Source of the DNA: an uncultured Acidobacteriota bacterium
GTDB taxonomy: Bacteria > Acidobacteriota > Thermoanaerobaculia > Multivoradales > UBA5704
DNA: 64,000 nt
Assembly (NCBI GenBank): GCA_963732005.1
Contig: CAVSXT010000005.1
Span: 2,057,315 to 2,121,314 of the forward strand
Reading direction: 5' to 3'
Below the pieces are notes generated by a model. It was not told the origin of the DNA, did not search any database, and saw only the letters and a list, made by a program, of their open reading frames with translations. A program made the translations under genes and the position numbers. Positions 35,021 through 45,500 of this stretch are shown here, one piece after another (positions within the stretch are counted from its first letter, which is position 1; every line of letters starts with the position of its first letter).

Positions 35021-37816
35021 ATGCCAATCGCGAGCTTCGATCCCTCGAGGTATGACTGGAACGCCTGCGCGGTGCCGCCGCTGGTGACCGCGGCAGCGAT
35101 GTTGTTGCTTGGCGCGACGGTGATGGTGCGCGGCCGGGGCGCTCGCGAGGCCCGTCCTTTCGCATGGCTGGCGGCGGCGATTTGCATATGGCTCTTCTGC
35201 TTTTCGTTCATGTACCTAGCTGCGGACGAACGCGTGGCGCTGGTCTGGGCGAAGGCGGCCTATCTCGGGATCACCTTCATTCCGGCCGCGCTCTATCACT
35301 TCACGCTGGCGGTGACGCGCAGCGAGCGCCGGCGTTGGGCCTGGGCCGGTTGGGCGGCGTCGGCGCTGTTTTGCGCGCCGGCGGTCGCCGGCGATGCGCT
35401 GCTGCGCGACCTGTACCATTACTGGTGGGGTTTCTATCCGCGCTTTCGTTGGCTGGGCGCGCCGTTCCTCGCGTACTTCTTCGCCATGCTGGCGCTCGGC
35501 CAGTACGAGCTGTGGAGCGACTACCGGCGGTCCGAGCCGGGGACGACCCGCCGTGTGCGCACCCGGGCGCTGATGATCGGCCTGGCGATCGCGTACCTGG
35601 GGTCGTGCGACTTCCTCGCGGCCTACGGCGTGCCGCTGTATCCGTTCGGCTATCTGCCGGTCCTCGCGTTCATCCTGATCGTCGTGCACGCCATCCGCCG
35701 TCACCGGCTGGTGGATCTCACGCCGGCCTTCGCGGCCGAGCAGATCCTGGCCACCGTCGCCGACCCGGTGATCGTCTGCGATCGCGAGGGGCGCATCCGG
35801 TTCACCAACCAGGCGGCCGCCAACGTCTTCGGCTACAGCGGCGGCGAGCTGGCCGGCGCGCCGATCGATTGCCTGGAGGAGCCGCCGGCGGCGCTGGCGG
35901 AACGCCTGCGGGCGGACGCGGCCCTGGTGGTGCGGGACGAGGAGATGGTCTTTTGCGACCGCGCCGGCGACCGGATCGAGGTCCGGGTGTCGCTGTCGCC
36001 GCTGCTCGACGAGCGGCGGACACCGGTCGGGGTCGTGCTGATCGCTCGCGACGTCCGCGCCCGCAAGCGCGTCGAAGCGGCGTTGCGCGAATCGGAAGAG
36101 CGCTATCGCTTGCTTTTCGAGCGCAACCAGGCCGGGGTCTTCCGCACCTCCGTTGCCGGCGTGATCCTCGATTGCAACGATGCCTTCGCACGCATCCTGG
36201 GTTTTGCCGCCCGCGGCGAGTGCATCGGCAAGAGCATGCTCCATCATTACAAGGACCTGTGGGAACGCACCGAGCTGCTGCAGAAGATGCGTTCCCTGGG
36301 CGGGCTCGCCGACGAGGAAGTGGCCTTGCAGCGGATCGACGGCAGCCCTGCCTGGGTGCTCGCCAACGCCACCCTGCTGGCGCCGCTGGCGCCTGGGGAA
36401 GGTGCCTTCGAGGTGCTGGAAGGGACCGTGATCGATATCACCCAGCGCAAGAACGCCGAGCGGACGATCGTTTATCAGGCCTACCATGATGCGCTGACCG
36501 GCCTGCCCAATCGCATGCTGTTCTACGACCGGCTGGCCGAGGCGCTCACCCTGGCGCGGCGCGAGGAGCGCGGCCTGGCGGTGCTGTTCCTGGACGTCGA
36601 TCAGTTCAAGCTGGTCAACGACACGCTCGGGCACGCCGCCGGCGACCGCCTGCTGGTGGAGATCGCGCGGCGGCTGCAGCAATTGGTGGGGGAGGGCGAT
36701 GCGGTGGCGCGCGTCGGCGGCGACGAGTTCACGCTGCTGCTGCACCTCGTCGAGGCGGGAGACGATGCGGTACGGGCGGCGCGGAAGATCCTGGCAGCGG
36801 TCGCCAGGCCGGTCGAGGTCGACGGCCAGCGGCTGTTCCTCACCGCCAGCATCGGCATCAGCATTTATCCGGCCGACGGCGAGGAGCCGGAAGCCCTGCT
36901 GACCAACGCCGACATCGCCATGTATCGCGCCAAGGAGCTCGGGCGCAACCGCTATCAGCTCTGCACGCCGGCGATGAACGCCAAATCGGTGGCGCGGTTG
37001 ACGCTCGAGCGCGACCTGCGCCTGGCGGTGGAGCGCGGTGAGCTCGCCCTGCTGTACCAGCCGCAGGTGCGCACCGCGACCGGCCGCGTCGTGGGCGTCG
37101 AGGCGCTGTTGCGCTGGAACCACCCGCAACGCGGGCTGGTGGGGCCCGCCGACTTCATCGGCATCGCCGAGGAGACGCGGCTGATCCTGCCGATCGGCGA
37201 GTGGGTGCTGCGCACCGCCTGCGAGCAGGCGCGGCGCTGGCACCTGGACGGCTGTAACGTGCGCATCGCGGTCAACCTGTCGGCGCTGCAATTCCAGCAG
37301 CGCGGTTTGGTGGCGCTGGTGCAGGACGTCCTGGCGGAGACCGATCTGGATCCCGGACGCCTGGTGCTCGAGATCACCGAGAGCGCCGCGATGCACGACG
37401 CCGCGCTGACCGTCGAGGTGCTGTCGATGCTGCGCGCCATGGGGCTGCGCGTCGCCATCGACGATTTCGGCACCGGCCACGCCTCGTTGTCCTACCTGCG
37501 GCAGTTCCCGATCGATGCGCTGAAGATCGATCGCAGCTTCGTCTCGGACCTCGCGGCGCGCCGCGAGGGCTCGGAGATCGTCGATGCCATCATCGGGTTG
37601 GCCCACGGCCTCGACCTCGAGGTGATCGCCGAAGGAGTCGAGACCGAGGACCAGCTGCGCTTCCTGACCGAGCGCGGCTGCGAGGAGTACCAGGGTTTCC
37701 TGATCAGTCAGCCGCTTGCCGCGACCGAGGTGCCGAGGCTGTTGGACCAGGTGCAGACCGCGGTCGCCGCCGGCGGCGCGGTGCTGCGGCCGGCCGAGTC
37801 GGCGCCGCCGATGTAG
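35021..37816 (+). CDS. Membrane sensor with a polytopic N-terminal domain, two PAS domains, a GGDEF diguanylate cyclase domain and an EAL phosphodiesterase domain
   Basis: GGDEF present (RVGGDEF), EAL present (EALLRW...), and DDFGTGHASLSYL. N-terminal hydrophobic helices. Confidence 0.9.
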   Translation: MPIASFDPSRYDWNACAVPPLVTAAAMLLLGATVMVRGRGAREARPFAWLAAAICIWLFCFSFMYLAADERVALVWAKAAYLGITFIPAALYHFTLAVTRSERRRWAWAGWAASALFCAPAVAGDALLRDLYHYWWGFYPRFRWLGAPFLAYFFAMLALGQYELWSDYRRSEPGTTRRVRTRALMIGLAIAYLGSCDFLAAYGVPLYPFGYLPVLAFILIVVHAIRRHRLVDLTPAFAAEQILATVADPVIVCDREGRIRFTNQAAANVFGYSGGELAGAPIDCLEEPPAALAERLRADAALVVRDEEMVFCDRAGDRIEVRVSLSPLLDERRTPVGVVLIARDVRARKRVEAALRESEERYRLLFERNQAGVFRTSVAGVILDCNDAFARILGFAARGECIGKSMLHHYKDLWERTELLQKMRSLGGLADEEVALQRIDGSPAWVLANATLLAPLAPGEGAFEVLEGTVIDITQRKNAERTIVYQAYHDALTGLPNRMLFYDRLAEALTLARREERGLAVLFLDVDQFKLVNDTLGHAAGDRLLVEIARRLQQLVGEGDAVARVGGDEFTLLLHLVEAGDDAVRAARKILAAVARPVEVDGQRLFLTASIGISIYPADGEEPEALLTNADIAMYRAKELGRNRYQLCTPAMNAKSVARLTLERDLRLAVERGELALLYQPQVRTATGRVVGVEALLRWNHPQRGLVGPADFIGIAEETRLILPIGEWVLRTACEQARRWHLDGCNVRIAVNLSALQFQQRGLVALVQDVLAETDLDPGRLVLEITESAAMHDAALTVEVLSMLRAMGLRVAIDDFGTGHASLSYLRQFPIDALKIDRSFVSDLAARREGSEIVDAIIGLAHGLDLEVIAEGVETEDQLRFLTERGCEEYQGFLISQPLAATEVPRLLDQVQTAVAAGGAVLRPAESAPPM

Positions 37817-37904
37817 GCGGTCCGCTGGCCCGCCCGGGGGCCGCGACGCACTGCCGGCCGGGAGTTTGGATTGGGCCTGCTTTCTGGTTCGGGTTGCCTC
37901 CTCC

Positions 37905-37919
37905 TTACCGTGGTAATAT
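37905..37919. promoter_or_regulatory. Palindrome TTACC-GT-GGTAA overlapping a TAATAT -10-like element immediately upstream of vapB; a candidate autoregulatory operator and promoter
   Basis: 37905-37916 ttaccgtggtaa, whose half-sites are reverse complements. TAATAT lies 7 nt before the ATG at 37926, and no Shine-Dalgarno sequence is present, suggesting a leaderless transcript. Confidence 0.4.
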
Positions 37920-37925
37920 ACCCTT

Positions 37926-38186
37926 ATGGCGATTGCTCACTCGAAGCTGACGGCGCAGGGTCAGATCTCCGTGCCGGCCGAGGTCAGGCGGCGGCTCGGC
38001 ATTGGACCGGGCTCGATCCTGGAATGGGAGCAGGAGGACGGGCGAATCGTGGTCCGGCGGGCCGGCCGCTACAGCTCGGAGGAGATCCATCGAGCGCTCT
38101 TCCCCGAGGCACCTCGACCCCGGACGCTCGCAGAGCTCGAGCAGGGTGTGTCGCGGCACGTGAAGAGCCGCCATGCGCGCCGTTGA
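37926..38186 (+). CDS. vapB: AbrB/MazE/SpoVT-family antitoxin (VapB-like)
   Basis: ISVPAEVRRRLGIGPGSILEWEQEDGRIVV swapped-hairpin motif. Confidence 0.75.
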   Translation: MAIAHSKLTAQGQISVPAEVRRRLGIGPGSILEWEQEDGRIVVRRAGRYSSEEIHRALFPEAPRPRTLAELEQGVSRHVKSRHARR

Positions 38187-38559
38187 CACCAACCTGCTGG
38201 TCCGGCTGGCGACGCGGGACGACGTTCGGCAGACCGCCGCCGCCGAGGCCTTCGTGGCCGGCGGCGCCTGGGTCCCTCATCTCGCCCTGATCGAGGCCAT
38301 GTGGGTGCTGGCATCGCTCTACGAGCTTGGTCCCGAGAAGATCGCGACGGCCGTCGCGATGTTCCTGCATCACCGAGATCTCACCATTCAAGACGCCGAG
38401 GTGGTGGCGGCTGCGCTCGAGCAGTTTCGGCAGCGCCCGGGGCTGGGCTTCTCCGATTGCCTGATCCTGGAGACGGCGCGGAAGGCCGGCCATCTGCCGC
38501 TCGGGACGTTCGACCGCGAGCTCGGCAAGCTGGCAGGGGCGCAGCGCCTGGAATCCTGA
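38173..38559 (+). CDS. vapC: PIN-domain toxin (VapC-like)
   Basis: MRAVDTNLLVRL...GFSDCLILETARKAG. Overlaps the vapB stop. Confidence 0.8.
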   Translation: MRAVDTNLLVRLATRDDVRQTAAAEAFVAGGAWVPHLALIEAMWVLASLYELGPEKIATAVAMFLHHRDLTIQDAEVVAAALEQFRQRPGLGFSDCLILETARKAGHLPLGTFDRELGKLAGAQRLES

Positions 38560-38579
38560 ATGGGGCAGGCGGCCCCGCG

Positions 38580-39713
38580 TCAGCCGGCAGCGGTCGCTCC
38601 GTCCAGGGCCGCGAGCGCGAAGGCGTAGGCGCCGAGGGCCACGGCGTGGCTGGTGCCGAGGCGCGACAGGCCGACGCCGGTGCGCTTGAGCGGGTCGTGG
38701 AGGACGCGGCGGGCGGAGCCGGGGACGGCGAGCGTCGTCGTGTTACCGGCGAGGAAGGCGCGGCGCTCGGCCTCGTCCTCGAGGTTCCAGGCGGTCAGCT
38801 CGAGGCGTGGCACGTCGCCGCCGTCGAGGCGCTTCAGGCGGCCGTTCAGTTGGCCGACCAGGGCCGGCAGGAAGTGCGGCGCGGCGGCGGCGAGCCCGCC
38901 GCCGACCACCACCAGCCCGTCGAGCAGGGTGAGGGCGTTGGCGATGGCGTCGCCGGCCACCTCGCCGAGGCGGCGAAAGGCCTCGCGCGCCGCCGGCGCG
39001 TCGCCGGGCGTCTGGCCGCGGGCGATGGCGTCGATCGTCTTCGGCTCGGGCGCGGCGGCGAGCGGCAGGCCGGCTGCCTGGGCGTAGGTCCGGCGCACCG
39101 CGCGAAGGCTGGCGCCTTCCTCGGCGAAGCAATCGCCGTCGAGCTTGTTGCGCATCAGCCAGATCTCGCAGGCGGCGCTGTTGTCGCCGGCGTAGAGCTC
39201 ACCGGCGCGCACGATGCCGCCGCCGAAGCCGGTGCCCAGGGTGACGCCGAGGAGGTTGCGGAAGCGCTTCAGGCTGCCGGCAGCCGCCAGGGCGCGGTTG
39301 ACCTCCGGCAGCAGGCCGTGGAGCGCCTCGCCGTAGGTGAAGAGGTCGCCGTCGTTGTTGATGAAGACCGGCACGCCGAAGCGCTCTTCGAGTAGCGGCC
39401 CGAGCGGGACGCCGCCGCGGAAGCCGGGCAGGTTGGGAAGGTCGCCGATGATCCCCGCGGGGTAGTCCGCGGGCCCGGGAAAGGCAAAGGAGAGCGCCGC
39501 CGCGCCGCCGCCGGCCGCGGTCCAGAGGCGGGAGAAGCCCTCGACGATCTGGCCGAGGCAGCGGTCGAGATCGTCGCCGTGGGCGGGCAGGGTGACCGGT
39601 GCGGCGACCTCGCGGTTGCCGGCGATCGCCGAGAAGGTGAGGTTGGTGCCGCCGGCGTCGAGAGTCAGGACGGTGCGGCGGTCTGCCGCGAAGCGGTTGA
39701 GTGGATCCGCCAC
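38580..39713 (-). CDS. ROK-family sugar kinase (glucokinase / N-acetylglucosamine kinase-like)
   Basis: LTLDAGGTNLTFSAI N-terminal ATP-binding motif and the ROK-like core GVTLGTGFGGGIV. Confidence 0.8.
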   Translation of the reverse strand: MADPLNRFAADRRTVLTLDAGGTNLTFSAIAGNREVAAPVTLPAHGDDLDRCLGQIVEGFSRLWTAAGGGAAALSFAFPGPADYPAGIIGDLPNLPGFRGGVPLGPLLEERFGVPVFINNDGDLFTYGEALHGLLPEVNRALAAAGSLKRFRNLLGVTLGTGFGGGIVRAGELYAGDNSAACEIWLMRNKLDGDCFAEEGASLRAVRRTYAQAAGLPLAAAPEPKTIDAIARGQTPGDAPAAREAFRRLGEVAGDAIANALTLLDGLVVVGGGLAAAAPHFLPALVGQLNGRLKRLDGGDVPRLELTAWNLEDEAERRAFLAGNTTTLAVPGSARRVLHDPLKRTGVGLSRLGTSHAVALGAYAFALAALDGATAAG

Positions 39714-39726
39714 CGGGCTGTCTCTC

Positions 39727-40962
39727 CTAGGCCGGTCCGGCGGCGGGCGAGGCAGTCGGCAGCTCCCCCGGGCGCGGCGGGCGGGGCGGGTGCGGTGGTT
39801 GGGCGCCGGCCCCGCGCTGGGCGGCTAGCGCCAGGATGGTGAGGTAGGCGAAGGCGGCGACGGGCACCAGGAACGCCAGCCGCACACCGTGGTGGTCGGC
39901 GACCAGGCCCATGAGCGCCGGCAGCACCGCTCCGCCGACGATCGCCATGCACATCAGGCCGGAGAGCGCGCCGGTCCGCTCGGGGCGGCTTTCGACGGTG
40001 AGCGCGAAGACCAGCGGCCAGACGTTGGCGAAACCCAGGCCGCAGGCGGCGATGCCGGCGAGCGCCAGCGGCCGCGAACCGAGCAGGAGCAGCCCGAGCC
40101 CGCCGAGGCCCAGCAGCGCCGAGACCAGGAAGAAGCGGCGGGCGCCGATGAAGCTCAGCACCGCCGCGCCCAGGAGGCGTCCGGCGGCGAGCGCGAGGAA
40201 GAACAGGCCGGGGCCGAAGCGGGTTGCCGACGAGGCCAGATCCATGTCGAAGGCGCGGGCGAGCAGGGTGGCGAGCCAGGAGTTGAGCCCCACCTCGGCG
40301 CCGACGTAGAGGAAGATGCCGAGCACGGCAAGCGCCACCGGCGGCTGGGCGAGCAGGGCGAGGCTGCTGGCGACGCCGGCCGGGGTCTCGTCGGCGTGGG
40401 ACTCGGCGACCGGCACGGCTGCGACGAGCAAGAGGGTGAGCAGCGTCACGCCGGCGAACACCGGAAAGATGTGGTACCAGGCAAATCCCAGCACCACCAG
40501 CTGCGCCGTGAGGTAAGGACCGGAGATCGAGCCCAGGCTCTTGACGAACTGGGCGAAGGTGAGATTGCGGGCATAGCGCCCCGGGGCGCTGACGTCGCGC
40601 ATGATCGGGTTGCCGGCCACCTGCAGTGCCGCCATGCCGGCGCCGATGAGGAAGATGGCGCCGAGCAGCAGCCCGTAGTGCGCCACGGACAGGCAGGGGA
40701 TCAGCTGCCCGGCGAGCACCACGGCAAGCGACGCCGTCATGAGGAACTTCCTGCCGCGGCGATCGGCGACCACTCCGGCGGGTACCGAGAACAGCGCGAA
40801 GGCGATGAAGCCGAAGAACGGCAGCAGCCCGGCCTGGGCGCCGCTGAGCTGGAACTCCCGCTCCGCGAAGCCGACCAGGGTGCCGACGGCGTCGACGAAC
40901 CCCATGACGAAGAAGCCCAGGAAGATGGGGAGTGTCCGGAATCGCAGGCGACACCTCCGCAA
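39727..40962 (-). CDS. MFS transporter (FucP / glucose-galactose transporter-like)
   Basis: 12-TM MFS topology; FLGFFVMGFVDAVG N-terminal motif. Probable TTG start (complement of 40960-40962), and the start is uncertain. 13 nt upstream of the ROK kinase gene. Confidence 0.7.
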   Translation of the reverse strand: MRRCRLRFRTLPIFLGFFVMGFVDAVGTLVGFAEREFQLSGAQAGLLPFFGFIAFALFSVPAGVVADRRGRKFLMTASLAVVLAGQLIPCLSVAHYGLLLGAIFLIGAGMAALQVAGNPIMRDVSAPGRYARNLTFAQFVKSLGSISGPYLTAQLVVLGFAWYHIFPVFAGVTLLTLLLVAAVPVAESHADETPAGVASSLALLAQPPVALAVLGIFLYVGAEVGLNSWLATLLARAFDMDLASSATRFGPGLFFLALAAGRLLGAAVLSFIGARRFFLVSALLGLGGLGLLLLGSRPLALAGIAACGLGFANVWPLVFALTVESRPERTGALSGLMCMAIVGGAVLPALMGLVADHHGVRLAFLVPVAAFAYLTILALAAQRGAGAQPPHPPRPPRPGELPTASPAAGPA

Positions 40963-41215
40963 AGGTCCGGCGGGAGAGCAGTCTGGATCATACAGGAGGG
41001 GGGTGGGCTGGGAGGGGTGGCGGGGCGGCGGCGGCCCGGGTGCGGGGCCTCGGGATCTCCGGATGCAGCGCCTCGAGGCAGCGGGTTGAGGCAGCGGGTT
41101 GGTTGTGCGTATACTCGGCTCCGCTCCCGGGGAGGGCAGGAGGAGCGGGGATCGGCCCTTTTCCGGCCGTCGCACCCGCAAAGCCCCCGGCGAGTTCTCT
41201 TTGCAAGCCCCAATT

Positions 41216-41302
41216 GGAGGTGTGGCCGAGTGGACAATGGCAGCAGACTGTAAATCTGCCGGGCTAAGCCCTACCTAGGTTCGAATCCTAGCGCCTCCAC
41301 CA
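41216..41302 (+). tRNA. tRNA-Tyr (anticodon GTA), with encoded CCA
   Basis: GGAGGTG acceptor arm paired with CGCCTCC; anticodon loop CTGTAAA; long variable arm CGGGCTAAGCCCTACC; T-arm CTAGG-TTCGAAT-CCTAG; 3' ACCA. Confidence 0.9.
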
Positions 41303-41630
41303 ATGGAATCAATGAATTAGAGCGAGAAGCTGCCGGCTCCATACGCTGCAGTTGGACCAAATCTGGCCACTTAGGAAATTTTGCCGATGGTCTCGAGCGG
41401 TGCATCGGCCGCGGTGGCAAGGTCACCTGGTGGGGGGCCGCATTCCCTTGATGGATCGGGAAGAGTAAGTCGGCGACCATCGCCGGCAGCACCGATAGCC
41501 GACCTCATCGACCGCCGGGACGCGGTGTGCGCAGTGGCGATGCAGCCGGCACTGGAGGGCGGAGGTACCTTCCTGCACGACAAGGTCGCTTGGCGCGCGC
41601 CGCGGGCAAGCGCCGCGGCGCGCGTGGTGG

Positions 41631-42515
41631 TCAGAAGCGAGCAGGGGGACAATGAGGGATCAGCGTGGTAGCGAGCGGCCCGCAATCAGTGACATCGGGC
41701 CACGGGAGCAACGTGCCAGGCGTCGTGCAGAGCCGGTGGAAGTGAAGGAAGTGCATCTCAGCCTGCGCGGGCCCCCCGGTTGAAGCACCGAGCGTCGAGA
41801 GCGGGATGTTGACGAGCCAGGCCTCGACATCGTTGCCTCCTGTCGTCAAGGTGATGTTGCCTTTGTTGCTCTGGAAGACCACCTGCTGGCCAGCCGAGAT
41901 CGTTATGGTCACCTTGACGACGTCGGCAATAGCCCTCCTGGTAACGACGCTGATGTTCTTGTTCATCATGTCGGCATAGTACCAACGGACGATCAAACCG
42001 CTGCCCGAAGCGAGCTGATCCGTCGACCAGGTGCCGTTCATGACCCACAATCGAGCCGAAGCGAGGCCGGCGGGGAAGGCGTTAGCCGTGACCTCCGGCA
42101 GCAGCGGCTGTCCAGGATTCGCGTCGGCCATGTTGCAGGTCCAGCCGAAATGGGTTTTGGGTTCGGCGGGAGACAGGCACGGTCCTACCACGGGAGCAGG
42201 CAAGGGAGTCGCTGCTGCACTTACCGGCGACACTCCGATGTCCTCCTCATCGAGAGGGAAGGCGATGAGAGCATCCTTGGCGAGATTCTGCGCCGGTGGA
42301 ATGTAGAGCCAGTTCTGGCGTGCAGTGGCAATCTGCCCCGGCGGCAGGGCTGGCAGGCACAGCATGGGGGTGTGGCGGTCCGGCGAGCCGATCGGAAGGG
42401 GTTGGCCGGAGGTGTCGTAATCGTAGGCATTGGGCAAGACGATGACGACGCTCTGGCCGGCGGCTGGCACGCACGCGCAGAGTCCGGTCACGTAGAGGTT
42501 CAGATTAAAGGTCAT
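41631..42515 (-). CDS. Hypothetical protein translationally coupled to the CHAT-domain protein (ATGA overlap)
   Basis: ATG (complement of 42513-42515) preceded by AAGGAGG at 7-nt spacing. The CHAT ORF stop overlaps this start. No family recognised (MTFNLNLYVTGLCACVPAAGQSVVIVLPNAY...). Confidence 0.6.
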   Translation of the reverse strand: MTFNLNLYVTGLCACVPAAGQSVVIVLPNAYDYDTSGQPLPIGSPDRHTPMLCLPALPPGQIATARQNWLYIPPAQNLAKDALIAFPLDEEDIGVSPVSAAATPLPAPVVGPCLSPAEPKTHFGWTCNMADANPGQPLLPEVTANAFPAGLASARLWVMNGTWSTDQLASGSGLIVRWYYADMMNKNISVVTRRAIADVVKVTITISAGQQVVFQSNKGNITLTTGGNDVEAWLVNIPLSTLGASTGGPAQAEMHFLHFHRLCTTPGTLLPWPDVTDCGPLATTLIPHCPPARF

Positions 42516-45500
42516 CGCGAGATCCTCCTTTCGGTGGTGGCCACCTGGAACAATTGAAATCCGCCCCACGCTGCGACCTCGTGCAATACGGGGTCGCGTC
42601 CGTGCAGCAGCTCAAGTTGGGTGTTGCGAAGAGCCGCGGCCGGGCCTTCGGCGGAGCGGAGGCGGCGATAGAAGCGTGCGAAAAACTGCTCGGCGGAGGC
42701 GTCGTCGACGCTTCCCAGCGCCGCCACTACGGCAGGTACGCCGGTGGCTAGAAAGGCCTCGACCAGGCCGCGCGAGCCTTCGGTATCTTGGCTGCCGGCG
42801 GCCCGGCAGGAGGAAAGCACCACGAGTCGCGTGCGGCCGGCCGCAAGGCGTCGAATGTCGCCGGCGCTCAAGGCCACCTTGTCCTCAGTGCTGGCCCGCG
42901 CGAGGGGCAGGAGAGAGAGGTCCGGCTGCTGGTCATCGGCGAGCACATGCGCGGCCAAGTGCACGATTGCAAATCGACCGAAACCGCGGGAGAACGCGGC
43001 GGCGGTTGCGTCCTGGCCGAGGCTGAGAACTGAGTTGGGGCGGTAGAGATCGGCGATCGCAGTGGCCTCTCGCCGGGCGCTGGGGAGCGGTTCCAGAAAG
43101 GAGAAGATCGCTGCGTCCAGACGAGGGTCTCCCAGCACGAAGGCGCTTGCGAGCGCCTGCCCCGAAGTTGCACCCCTCGGATCGGCCAATGCCGCGCTGG
43201 GTACGATCACCACTTCATGGTCGGCGACGAGCGGTTGTCCTGCCGGGCCGGCCAGTGCCGCGAAGGGGACGCGGCGCAGGCTCTTGTCAGGGGAGACGAG
43301 CAATGTGGTGACACCGAAAATGTCAGGAGCGATGGGATCGATCAAGACCGAAGAGAGCTTGCGCAGTGCCTCACGCGCGTCCTGCGGGCCAGAGTCCAGG
43401 AATTGCACCCAGGTTTCTAGGTCCGCGGCCGCGATGGACTCGATGTGGAAGCGAATGCGACCCTTGGTCATCACCCAGATTAGCAGCTGGTGAGGGAGCA
43501 CGGCGAACTCGACGAGAGCCCGTGCGCGATCCAGGCGATGCGTCAGGCCAGCGTCGGCCGCGGGGAGGTGGAGGGTGTCGCGCAGGGCGCGGGCGCGCGC
43601 TTCGTCGGCAATCGCAAAGAGGGCCGCCGGGGTCGCATGGGCCTCGATCGAGGTGGACATCCACTGGTCATAGACGGTGCGCGACTGAGAGAGGAAGGCA
43701 GTGCGAGACTCTCCAGCGTCGAGATGGACGCGTTGCGCCTCGACCTCCAGTAGAGCCTTGTGCAGCGACGCGGCTGCCGCAGCGCTATCGTGATTCGCGG
43801 TTTGGGCGAAGGCGAGCTCGGTCAGAAAATGGATCAGGCGCACCGCATCGTGCAAGGCTTGTGCGACGGCGGTTGCGCGCGCCAGCTCGGTAGCGGCTTT
43901 CACAGGAGCGGTTTTGAGGAGCAGATGCCCGCGCTCGGTCCAGATGTCCGCCAGCCATTGTCGGCGAGAGTCCGGATCGGCAAGCGCCGCGGCGGCGCCT
44001 TCAGCGGCCTTGAGATCCTGTAGAGCGCTCGCCTTACGACCGAGCGCCGCCCGTGCCCGTGCGCGGGTCAAGAGAGCGTACGCAGCTCCCGCCTGCCCGA
44101 GCGAGGGGCCCGATCGCTCAACGAGGCGGTCGGCGAACGCCAGCGCAGCGTGGGGAAGATTTGAGTCCTGCGCTGCCTGGCAAAGAGTCGCATAGGCGAC
44201 GATGAGGCGCCGCGGGTCGCCCGCCTGTACCGCAAGGCGACTACCCTGGTATAGCCAGGGCCATGCTGCAGGCCGTTGACCCAGGAGCCACAGGCTCTCG
44301 TAAAGGTTGAGAGCCACGCCCGCGCGCTCGGCCAGCGCACCCGAGTGCTGCGCAAGCACTTGGGCGTCATGGTAGTCGCGCAAGCAGTCGCCATTGCGTC
44401 CGGAATGGCTGAGGCTGGCACCTCGCAGCCAGAGCAGGCGCAGGCGGAGCGACGGGTATCGCCCGTGTAGGTCGCGATCGAGGGCCGTCAGGATGGTTAT
44501 GGCGCTGCCGAAATGGCCGCTCTGATAGGCGCAGAGGCCGCGGCCATACTCTGCCCACCAGGCGAGTGCCGGGACCGTGCGAGCCAGCTGCCGTGCAGCA
44601 GGCACAAGCAGCGCCTCCCCTCGTTTGCCCTCGTTGACCTGACAGGTTGTCAAGCCTGCCGCCACCTGGCTTACGCTGCGGGCAAGCGAAGGCAGGCGGC
44701 GAGGCTCTGCCTGGCGCAGGAGCGCCGTCGCCTCGACAAGCATGGAATCCGAGCAGCAGGCGGCTACACTCTGGCCGATACGCGTCATGAGGTCGAGGAG
44801 CCTGGCGGCAGCAGCGTCTTGGCCGCGCTGCACGGCTTCGGCCCAGCGGGGCAGCAGCCGCTCCTCGGCGAGCTTGCGCATCTCGCGCGGGAAGCTGGAG
44901 ATGAGGACGTTCGCTTCGGCGCAGGGCAATGGACAGGCCTCGAATCGCGCGAGTGCTGAGGGCCAGGCCGCCGTTGGATCCCCGGCGAGGCCTCGTGCGC
45001 CGACAGCGCCGTCGGTGAGCGAGGGTGACACCGCTTCCGGAGCAGCGAGGAAAGCGGCGTGCAGTGCGAGAGTCCAGTTGACTCTTGCCTCGGGCAGGAG
45101 AGGCGAGAGTTCGAGCGCTGTCTCGATTGCATCGAGCGCTGCAAGGCGCCCGGGGCCGTCCAACGCCGTGAGGTGAGTGAGATAAAACGCTCCGAGGTCA
45201 TTCAGGATGCACGCGTTGCGCGGACTCATGGCTGCGGCGTGTCTGAGAGCTGCCTCGGCCAGACGGTGATGTCCAAGTACCGCGCGCGCGACGCCAAGGT
45301 CGGCTAGCGCGTCCGCGCTTGGCGCTTGTGTCGCCCGCCGCTCGATGGCGTGTAGGGCGGCGATCTCGGAGCCGGTGGCAGGTGCCACGAGCGCGCCGGC
45401 GGCGAGCGGTTCAGCGAGCACCCCGCCAGCGAACCAAGGCCCTGAAGCCAGCGGACGAGCAAGGGCATCTCGGAGTCGTGCCCGCTCGGTGGAGCAGCTC

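Noticed and set aside
35216-37606. 796-aa minus-strand ORF
   Set aside because: It is antisense to the PAS-GGDEF-EAL gene, whose GGDEF/EAL motifs are unambiguous.
41303-41630. Possible integrase or attachment site directly after tRNA-Tyr
   Set aside because: No recombinase-like ORF and no direct repeat of the tRNA 3' end could be found by eye. The island hypothesis is kept but flagged as unverified.
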